This document shows, piece after piece, positions 34,417 through 45,200 of a DNA stretch of 64,000 nt. Under the pieces are notes generated by a model that saw nothing but the letters and a program-made list of their open reading frames with translations, did not search any database and had not been told where the DNA came from. Where the stretch lies: NCBI GenBank assembly GCA_950097015.1, contig CATNEN010000024.1, positions 1,364,001 through 1,428,000 on the forward strand. Direction: 5' to 3'. Within the stretch, counting starts at the first letter, position 1; each line of letters begins with the position of its first letter. Origin of the DNA: Macrostomum hystrix (lineage: Eukaryota > Animalia > Platyhelminthes). Position numbers and translations under genes: made by a program.

Positions 34417-37070
34417 GGGATTGATAATCTTCGGGATTAATAATCTCGGGTATTGAAAATCTTGGGGATTGATAAAATTGTGGATTGTTTATCTTGGGGG
34501 ATAGATAATCTTGGGGATTGATAATCTTGGGTATTGAAAATCTTGGGAATTGATAATCTTGGGAATTGATAATCTTGGGGATTGATAATCTTGGGGATTG
34601 ATAATCTTGGGGATTGATAATCTTGGGGATTGATAATCTTGGGGATTAGTAATCTTAGGGGTTGATTATCTTGGGAATTGATAATCTTGGGGATTGATAA
34701 TCTTGGGAATTGATAATCTTGGGGATTGATAATCTTGGGGATTAGTAATCTTAGGGGTTGATTATCTTGGGAATTGATAATCTTGGGGATTGATAATCTT
34801 GGGGATTGATATTCTTGGGTATTGAAAATCTTGGGGATTGATAATCTTGGGTATTGATATTATTGGGTATTGATAATCTTGGGGATTGATAATCTTGGGG
34901 ATTAGTAATCTTAGGGGTTGATTATCTTGGGAATTGATAATCTTGGGGATTGATATTCTTGGGTATTGAAAATCTTGGGGATTGATATTCTTGGGTATTG
35001 ATAATCTTGGGGATTGATAATCTTGGGGATTAGTAATCTTAGGGGTTGATTATCTTGGGAATTGATAATCTTGGGGATTGATAATCTTGGGGATTGAAAA
35101 TCTTGGGGATTGATATTCTTGGGTATTGAAAATCTTGGGGATTGATATTCTTGGGTATTGAAAATCTTGGGAATTGATAATCTTGGGGATTGATAATCTT
35201 GGGGATTGATATTCTTGGGTATTGAAAATCTTGGGGATTGATATTCTTGGGTATTGATAATCTTGGGGATTGAAAATCTTGGGGATTAGTAATCTTAGGG
35301 GTTGATTATCTTGGGAATTGATAATCTTGGGGATTGATAATCTTGGGGATTGAAAATCTTGGGGATTGATATTCTTGGGTATTGAAAATCTTGGGGATTG
35401 ATATTCTTGGGTATTGAAAATCTTGGGAATTGATAATCTTGGGGATTGAAAATCTTGGGAATTGATAATCTTGGGAATTGATAATCTTGGGGATTGATAA
35501 TCTTGGGAATTGATAATCTTAGGGGTTGATAATCTTGGGGTATTGATAATCTTCGGGATCGTTAATCTAGGGGATTGATAATCTTAGGGATTGATAATCT
35601 CGGGTATTGAAAATCTTAGGGATTGATATTCTTGGCTATTTAAAATCTTACGGATTGATAATCTCGGTATTGAAAATCTTGGGGATTGATATTCTTGGGT
35701 ATTGAAAATCTTGGGGATTGATAATCTTGGGTATTGATATTCTTGGGTATTGATAATCTTAGGGATTGATAATCTTGGGGATTAGTAATCTTAGGGGTTG
35801 ATTATCTTGGGAATTGATAATCTTGGGGATTGATATTCTTGGGTATTGAAAATCTTGGGGATTGATATTCTTGGGTACTGATAATCTTGGGGATTGATAA
35901 TCTTGGGGATTAGTAATCTTAGGGGTTGATTATCTTGGGAATTGATAATCTTGGGGATTGATAATCTTGGGGATTGAAAATCTTGGGGATTGATATTCTT
36001 GGGTATTGAAAATCTTGGGGATTGATATTCTTGGGTATTGAAAATCTTGGGGATTGATAATCTTGGGTATTGAAAATCTTGGGGATTGATAATCTTGGGC
36101 ATTGAAAATCTTGGGGATTAGTAATCTTAGGGGTTGATTATCTTGGGAATTGATAATCTTGGGAATTGATAATCTTGGGGATTGATAATCTTGGGAATTG
36201 ATAATCTTGGGAATTGATAATCTTGGGAATTGATAATCTTGGGAATTGAAAATCTTAGGGGTTGATAATCTTGGGGTATTGATAATCTTCGGGATCGTTA
36301 ATCTAGGGGATTGATAATCTTAGGGATTGATAATCTCGGGTATTGAAAATCTTAGGGATTGATATTCTTGGCTATTTAAAATCTTGGGGATTGATAATCT
36401 CGGTATTGAAAATCTAGGGGATTGATAATCTAGGGAATTGATAATCTCGGTATTGAAAATCTTGGGGATTGATAATCTCGGTATTGAAAATCTTGGGGAT
36501 TGATATTCTTGGGTATTGAAAATCTTGGGGATTGATATTCTTGGGTGTTGAAAATCTTGGGGATTGATAATTTCGGTATTGAAAATCTTGGGGATTGATA
36601 ATTTCGGTATTGAAAATCTTGGGGATTGATAATTTCGGTATTGAAAATCTTGGGGATTGATATTCTTGGGTATTGAAAATCTTGGGGATTGATATTCTTG
36701 GGTATTGAAAATCTTGGGGATTGATAATCTCGGTATTGAAAATCTTGGGGATTGATAATCTCGGTATTGAAAATCTTGGGGATTGATAATCTCGGTATTG
36801 AAAATCTTGGGGATTGATAATCTCGGTATTGAAAATCTTGGGGATTGATAATCTCGGTATTGAAAATCTTGGGGATTGATAATCTCGGTATTGAAAATCT
36901 TGGGGATTGATAATTTCGGTATTGAAAATCTTGGGGATTGATAATCTCGGTATTGAAAATCTTGGGGATTGATAATCTCGGTATTGAAAATCTTGGGGAT
37001 TGATATTCTTGGGTATTCAAAATCTTGGGGATTGATATTCTTGGGTATTCAAAATCTTGGGGATTGATAA
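34417..37070. repeat. 17-bp G-rich minisatellite (GATTGATAATCTTGGGG)n, ~2.65 kb
   Basis: Tandem units with variant blocks; a degenerate block at about 35520-35680 recurs at about 36255-36410. Confidence 0.97.
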
Positions 37071-37778
37071 ACGTGTGTATTGATAATGTTGAGAATCGAA
37101 AATATTGAAGATTTAGAAGCTTCTGGTTGAATATCTTTGGGATTGAAAATCTTCTGCCAGTGACCCATTGTCATTCGGAGACCTGTACGGAGGCGATCGC
37201 ATGGTCAAGCAGCTTAATTTTGTTTGCATTGTTCACGTGCGAGCCTTTGCAATTGTTTGATTGAGTCAATGGATTTGAGTAGAGAGTAGTAGCATTGATT
37301 AGTTTCAGCTTGGTCTCTAAGACTGGTCTCTATATTCACCGTGGACAAGAAGCCTCTTGGAACTGACAGGCATTGACAAATCGTCTTGGTCGAAATTGAT
37401 CTCTAAGACGGTGTGTTCTCAAAACCGCTTGTTGACAAGCTGCTCACACGCTTGCCCCTGCTCAGATTATCACCAGTCCAGGAAGGAACACGTGAGCCGC
37501 TAATTAGTAATTACCTGGACAGTCGGCTGCATTTTGATTGATGCATTCGACTGCTTGGAGTTAAAGACAAACATGAGCTCGCCTCTCTTACCTGTCTGCT
37601 CAGTAATTAATTTAGAATTACTTGAATTTTCAGTGACTGATGAGCTGCATACATAAAGTTTACTTTAAAGATTGTGTCTGTCTCAAGCAAAAAATACAGA
37701 CTTTGCTTAGAAAAATCTTAGGCAACTAAGGACTTTAGAATCTGCATGACCCTCTAGAATCTGCATGACCCGCTAGAA

Positions 37779-38583
37779 CAGGGGTCGGCAAACGTATTAG
37801 CTAGCGATCTTAAAAGCCGACTGCGGGCCGCATTGAGTGTAGAAATATTAGATAGGGGAGAGATGACGCAGAGAAGATATGGCAGGGGACGATAAGACAC
37901 GGGAGAGATGAGACACGGGAGAGATGAGACACGGGAGAGATGAGACACGGGAGAGATGAGACACGGGAGAGATGAGACAGGAGAGATAAGACACAGGAGA
38001 GATGAGACACCAGAGAGATGAGACAGGAGAGATAAAACACAGGAGAGATGAGACATCAGAGAGATGAGACAGGAGAGATAAGACACAGGAGAGATGAGAC
38101 ACCAGAGAGATGAGACAGGAGAGATAAGACACAGGAGAGATGAGACACCAGAGAGATGAGACAGGAGAGATAAGACACGGGAGAGATGAGACACGGGAGA
38201 GATAAGACACAGGAGAGATGAGACAGGAGAGATGAGACACGGGAGAGATAAGACACAGGAGAGATGAGACAGGAGAGATGAGACACGGGAGAGATGAGAC
38301 ACAGGAGAGATGAGATACAGGAGAGATGAGACACGGGAGAGATGAGACACGGGAGAGATGAGACACGGGAAAGATGAGACACGGGAGAGATGAGACACGG
38401 GAGAGATGAGACACGGGAGAGATGAGACACGGGAGAGATGAGACACGGGAGAGATGAGACACGGGAGAGATGAGACACGGGAGAGATGAGACACGGGAGA
38501 GATGAGACACGGGAGAGATGAGACAAGAGAGAGATGAAACAGGATACTGTAGGTGTTGGAAGGGGCAACGGGCCGGATTTGGG
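37779..38583 (+). mobile_element. hAT/Charlie-like element fragment carrying an internal minisatellite
   Basis: The left end CAGGGGTCGGCAAAC and the subterminal gcgggccgca / gggccggatttgg motifs are typical of Charlie-type non-autonomous elements. The right TIR is not intact. Confidence 0.45.
37853..38540. repeat. 16-bp purine-rich minisatellite (GGGAGAGATGAGACAC)n with 14-16 bp variants
   Basis: Tandem units read directly. Confidence 0.96.
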
Positions 38584-39420
38584 AGTATGACCCTATAGAA
38601 TCTATATGACCCTATAGAGTATGCATGACACTCTAGAATCTGCATGTCCCTCTTCCTCTGATCCGCTTCTATTGATACATACGAGTATAATCCACATCCA
38701 CGCACTTCAGCAATGAAGCTTGCTAAAAATGTACATTCTATACTACTGATACTGGTCGCCTAAGTAGAAATCAGCGCATCAAACAGAAAAAAATAAACAA
38801 AATTTATTCCCTAGATTCCGCGCTTTACTTCAGGCGAAGTAACAAGGCAGCTAAAGATCGATAAAAACTACGGTTAGACAAAATTTGGTCATCACTTTTT
38901 GGATAATTAATAAAATAGTAGCTGATTATTGTTTGCTGAACAAACCGTGATTCAATCAATGCTGCGCACCTGGTCCAACATTTAAGTTGCGAGTGGGCAA
39001 GGCACACAAGCTTGATGGCGAAGGATGCGGCAGTTTGGCAGGAGAATGAGAATTGTAATTCAGCGCTGAGTGAATAATCAGCTCTCGTGGTTAATTGACG
39101 CACAACGATGGCTGGAGCCAGCCAGCCTACCTTGATGTGAATAAAAGTGCAAATGCGGCGGCACTGTTTGTCTGACCGTGAAGCAGCCGCTTCTGTTTTT
39201 AAAGTGCTTTTGCTTTTAGCTGAACTGCAGGCACTATGAATGAGATTTCACTGTCCCTTGTCGATCAAACTGGGACCTGCAAAGGCGATGCAGCTGCGTG
39301 AGGTGTGAAAATGTGTAAAAACTGCATTCATCAGAGAAAGCGTCTGCGGCGTTGCCATGGTGATTAAATAAACACTGACTTTGTACTAGACTTCCAAGTA
39401 CTAGTACAAATCGGAACGAA

Positions 39421-40560
39421 ACTGAGGCTACCTGAATCCTGCAGCTGAAGCTACCTGAATACTGAAACTGAAGCTACCTGAATACTGAAACTGAAGCTAC
39501 CTGAATACTGAAACTGAAGCTACCTGAATCCTGCAGCTGAAGCTACCTGAATACTGAAACTGAAGCTACCTGAATACTGAAACTGAAGCTACCTGAATCC
39601 TGCAGCTGAAGCTACCTGAATCCTGAAACTGAAGCTACCTGAATACTGAAACTGAAGCTACCTGAATACTGAAACTGAAGCTACCTGAATACTGAAACTG
39701 AAGCTACCTGAATACTGAAACTGAAGCTACCTGAATACTGAAACTGAAGCTACCTGAATCCTGCAGCTGAAGCTACCTGAATACTGAAACTGAAGCTACC
39801 TGAATACTGAAACTGAAGCTACCTGAATACTGAAACTGAAGCTACCTGAATACTGAAACTGAAGCTACCTGAATCCTGCAGCTGAAGCTACCTGAATACT
39901 GAAACTGAAGCTACCTGAATCCTGCAGCTGAAGCTACCTGAATACTGAAACTGAAGCTACCTGAATACTGAAACTGAAGCTACCTGAATACTGAAACTGA
40001 AGCTACCTGAATCCTGCAGCTGAAGCTACCTGAATACTGAAACTGAAGCTACCTGAATACTGAAACTGAAGCTACCTGAATCCTGAAACTGAAGCTACCT
40101 GAATACTGAAACTGAAGCTACCTGAATACTGAAACTGAAGCTACCTGAATACTGAAACTGAAGCTACCTGAATACTGAAACTGAAGCTACCTGAATACTG
40201 AAACTGAAGCTACCTGAATCCTGCAGCTGAAGCTACCTGAATACTGAAACTGAAGCTACCTGAATACTGAAACTGAAGCTACCTGAATACTGAAACTGAA
40301 GCTACCTGAATACTGAAACTGAAGCTACCTGAATCCTGCAGCTGAAGCTACCTGAATACTGAAACTGAAGCTACCTGAATCCTGCAGCTGAAGCTACCTG
40401 AATCCTGAAACTGAAGCTACCTGAATCCTGCAGCTGAAGCTACCTGAATCCGGAAACTGAAGCTACCTGAATCCTGAAACTGAAGCTACCTGAATACTGA
40501 AACTGAAGCTACCTGAATCCTGCAGCTGAAGCTACCTGAATACTGAAACTGAAGCTACCT
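39421..40560. repeat. 23-bp minisatellite (CTGAAGCTACCTGAATACTGAAA)n, ~49 units
   Basis: Tandem units; a TCCTGCAG variant is interspersed. Confidence 0.97.
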
Positions 40561-41472
40561 GATTGAGAATCCTATGGATTGAAAATCCTATGGATTGAGA
40601 ATCCTATGGATTGAGAATCCTATGGATTGAGAATCCTACGGATTGAGAATCCTATGGATTGAGAATCCTATGGATTGAGAATCCTATGGATTGAGAATCC
40701 TATGGATTGAGAATCCTATGGATTGAGAATCCTATGGATTGAGAATCCTATGTATTGAGAATCATATGGATTGAGATTCCTATGGATTGAGATTCCTATG
40801 GATTGAGATTCCTATGGATTGAGATTCCTATGGATTGAGAATCCTATGGATTGAGAATCCTATGGATTGAGAATCCTATGTATTGAGAATCATATGGATT
40901 GAGATTCCTATGGATTGAGAATCCTATGGATTGAGAATCCTATGGATTGAGAATCCTATGGATTGAGATTCCTATGGATTGAGAATCCTATGGATTGAGA
41001 ATCCTATGGATTGAGAATCCTATGGATTGAGAATCCTATGGATTGAGAATCCTATGGATTGAGATTCCTACGGATTGAGAATCCTATGGATTGAGAATCT
41101 ATGGATTGAGAATCCTATGGATTGAGAATCCTACGGATTGAGAATCCTATGGATTGAGAATCCTATGGATTGAGAATCCTATGGATTGAGAATCCTATGG
41201 ATTGAGAATCCTATGGATTGAGAATCCTATGGATTGAGAATCCTATGGATTGAGAATCCTGGAGATTGATAATCCTATGGATTGAGAATCCTGGGGATTG
41301 AGAATCCTCGGGATTGAGAATTCTGGGGATTGAGAATCCTGGGGATTGAGAATCCTGGGGATGGAGAATCCTGGTGATGGAGAATCCTGGGGATGGAGAA
41401 TCCTGGGGTTGGAGAATCCTGGGAATGGAGAATCCTGGGGATTGAGAATCCTCAGATTGAGAATCCTGGGGA
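40561..41472. repeat. 16-bp minisatellite (GATTGAGAATCCTATG)n grading into (GATTGAGAATCCTGGG)n
   Basis: Abuts the 23-bp array with no spacer. Confidence 0.97.
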
Positions 41473-41529
41473 TCGGAAGGTTTTGCGATTAAGAAGATAT
41501 AGAGATTTTTGGAATTGCAACTTTTTTTA

Positions 41530-41635
41530 TTCAGGTTTACTTGTGTAGCTGCTTGAATCAGTTCAGGTTTACTTGTGTAGCTGCTTGAATCAGTTCAGGT
41601 TTACTTGTGTAGCTGCTTGAATCAGTTCAGGTTTC
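41530..41635. repeat. 32-bp unit x3 (TTCAGGTTTACTTGTGTAGCTGCTTGAATCAG)
   Basis: Three exact copies. Confidence 0.95.
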
Positions 41636-42208
41636 TAAAATGATATGTTATTTAGACTTTGTATGCTTTTACAAATGCTAATTGTAAACGGGTGTTGTAT
41701 TGCACAAAGATTTGCTTTTTCAAGTCCATGTTGAAGGCATTTTGTTGCCAGGTCTCCGTGAAAATTACATCGCTCTCAATTGCCTACGCCATCTAGCCAA
41801 TGGTTGAGAAGCCAGCCTCATTTGCTTGAATAATTCAAGAGCCACTTGTCGACTTCAGCCGCGAAATCCCAGTCCGATCCCAAATACGGCCTCCCAAAGT
41901 CAGCTTTCTTACCCTGAGCTCTCAGCGTACGACAGCAGGTTTCTGCTTTGATGGCTAGAGAAACAATTTAACCAGGTACAGAACCATTCGGATACTCAGT
42001 ATCCAATCCAGTGCGTTCCACCCAGCATCGCCCGTAGCAACCTCATCCGCTGGACGGGGACCAATTATTTGAGCCCTGGCTTCACACCAGCCACAATGCA
42101 ATCTGAGAGATAAGCAGTTTTGCCCAGTGCTGCAATCCAGTTACATTCGGCACACTCAGCCCAGCATTCAGCAGCTGCTAGCGAGTGTAGGCCCGGTAGA
42201 GCCTGACA

Positions 42209-45200
42209 ATGTCGACTGCAGTGTCCAGCTCCAGCATGACAGCCAACGATGCCAGGTCCAAGCTGAGCCGAGCGAAGCTCCGGGTGGTGCGATTCGCTGT
42301 CTCGACCAGCGGGCACGGCTACAAGAATGTGGCCGAAGCGCATTCAACAATTCACACCGTTATGTGGGCCGTCCTGCTCACAGGTGCCATCTGCGGCCTA
42401 TCCTACCACCTGGCGCTAATCTCAATTAAATATTTCGCCTACCAGAAACGGGTGATCACCAACACGGTGCTGGAGCCGCTGCACTTTCCCAAGGTGGCCA
42501 TCTGCCACACCAGCTACTTCTCCACCTACCTCATGTCGCAGCCGTCTAACTGGCTGGTGCGCGACCTGCACAACCAGCTGTTCAACCTGACTGCGCCCTA
42601 CTTCAGCGCGGCCGAAGAAGACCGCCGCGAATCTCTGGCTGACAAGGCTCTGCTAGACGCTCACCTGGAGGGTCGTCTACCTGAGCTGGAGAATGTGACA
42701 ACATCGCTAGACGCTGTACTCCTGAGCTGCACGTACAACTGGAGAAACTGCAGCGCTGCGAACTTCACCGCCGTGGCATCCGATCGGTACGGCATCTGCT
42801 ACGTTTTCGAGCCCAACATCACCTACGCCTCGGTGAGTGCCTGATTCCTCTCTGCCTGCTGCTTTTCTGTGCCGGGAGTACTCAATGCGCCTTTTGATGT
42901 TATGCCACGCTTCGTCTTCGACTCTGCGCGTATACTTTATCCCGGCGCAACATAATGTAAAAACTAGAATAATTTTAGAATAGGCAGACAAGAGAAATTA
43001 AAGAAAGTACATATCTCCGCATACAGGCAAAAATTTAGGAGCATTTTGAATGGATTTTATCATAAACAAGGCTTGAGGGCGGGTGCGAAATGAGGTAAAT
43101 GTATGGAAGGGAGTGTTTTGCCATAGACAGTTGCCGCGGGCTTGAAATTTAATCCCCGGCATGGCCCAGCCAACAGTCTATGGCTGTCATTTAACTGGCC
43201 GGGCCAAGAAATCAGTAATTTAATTGACCGGGCCATTAAACGCCATATAGCAAAATTCAAAATTAAGGATAAGCAGAACATAATGAACAGTAATTTATTA
43301 GCATGACAGAACAGCACGAACTCAACAGCTGGCAGATAGACATCACAAGAATTGTTACACGAAATTGTCAAGTCTACACGCTCTTCATTAGTCGAAATAG
43401 ATCACTACCTTGTTGTTAGCTCCGTCAGCTTCTATTCTCATTTTCTTGCCTTTCGGTTCCAAAACAGAAATTCCAACCTTCTCTAGCGCGACGACATCCG
43501 TTTTCTTGGCGTCGGGAGTCACCAGAGGCGTCTCTGGACCATCCACAGCCAGAGCCACAGCAAGAGCCGCTTCATTGGCGTTGGGAGCCACCAGAGGCGT
43601 CTCTAGACCATCCACAGCCAGAGCCACAGCGAGAGCCGCTTCATTGGCGTCGGAAGTCTTGCTCGTCGAATTCCCGCCAATGATGGCACTAGTACGACGT
43701 TGCATGCTAACAGACATGCCAATGTAGCGTTCAACGGCACTACTACTATGACCTGTGATCCGACAAATGTCCGCGCGTTCAATGCCAGCGTCGTGTAGTC
43801 GGGTAGCAGTTGTCTTCCGCAAGCTCTGGTTGGTGTACCGTCCAGAATCTTCCGGCACCGCCTTAGACATCAGGTTGGACACAAGTCCGGCCAAAGAGTG
43901 TCGACCCATCGGCGTTTTCGTGAATCATCCACCAGACTTTCCCGGAGCCCAGAACCGATTGGGCGACAAAAACAGCGCTTGGTCACAGTCCTCAGGTCGC
44001 TTCGCGATGTAAGCCTTATAGATGCACACGATGCATCGCTCATGGCCATCAGAATGGAATGCACGGACGACCTTCGGATCCCGTCGCAACCCTTTCAGTC
44101 CGCCCTGGTGTGTCTTCGTCACAGAATTGTCCACGTACTTAAGGCACTCGCTCCCATCGACGCAATCCAGTCGAATCTGCTTCTCAAATTGCAAATCTCT
44201 GAGCTCAGAACCACCACGCAAAGCAAAGTGCTTGCCAACAAGCCACACAATCGCATTGGACAGAGCTTGAGGGGTCGACTCTCCAAGAAGTTCGGAGCCC
44301 CAGAGGCCGTCCTCGACAGACCACGGAATTGCTTCAGCTCGACGGAGTCCAGCACATTTTCCATCCCTCGTTGACAGCTTCATCGAGGCATCCAACGCTC
44401 GTCGACTCTCGCAAAATTCAGGATCCTTCCAGAAACTCCAATCCTTCTTTAGGGTGTTTTGAAAGTAGTACTGGATCATCGAAAACAGGTCTTTTAACGT
44501 CGATGCGGTGTATCGTTCGCCTTCGTGGGTTCGCACTTCAAATACAAAAAACTTAAGCAGGTAGTTCAGATCGGCTTTGCTCATTTCTTCGCAACTCTTA
44601 ATCACCATCAGACCAGGAGCAGATCCATCAGCCCAAACAGTCTTCTTGGCCTCGTGCCATGCGGTAAAGACGCTCATAGCCCAATCGGCCTTTTTCCTCG
44701 TTGACGCAGGTGCACTTGCCAACAGCTCTCTTTCAATGTCTTCATTTGTCATCATCTTGAAGCGTTGGACTCCTTCGTGCTTCTCTTCGTAGAAGTCGAG
44801 CAGCTCAGCAGATATAAAAAACTCCGATGGGTCTAAAGACGCTCTGCTTTCCATGCCAATTGATTCAGTTGAACAGTCGAGTAAACTGTCTTTTTGGACA
44901 TAAACAGCTAACTATGTAGCCTCGCAGAATATCTTCACGGCCATAGTCAACTTTCGGGAGGGTTCCAGGCTGTACCATGCCTAAGATTAAATATGATAAT
45001 ACCCCCCAAAAGCGTTGTCTATGGCCATGAAGTCGGATTCGAGACTCGTTTCTATTGGCCTCGGCTGCGCCTCGGCCAAGAAATGAGTCCTCAGCCGACT
45101 TCATGGCCAAAGAAACGTTTTTGGGGGGGTATTATCTTATACTTAATCCCCAGCTTGGCCCGGCCTATTGGCTATTAATTCTGTGCATTTATTATTTAAT

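Noticed and set aside
18382-34440. Scattered 60-170 aa ORFs in AT-rich intergenic DNA (e.g. 18446, 20714, 22234, 22772, 33724, 34171)
   Set aside because: Mostly non-ATG starts, low-complexity composition, no motifs; the 18446 ORF overlaps a MITE.
34417-37070. Telomere-like array (contains TTGGGG)
   Set aside because: The hexamer is embedded in a 17-bp unit, not tandem, and the array is interstitial.
35791-38705. Repeat ORFs (PKIINPQD.., CLISPVSHLS..)
   Set aside because: Reading frames through 17-bp and 16-bp minisatellites; no coding context or splice support.
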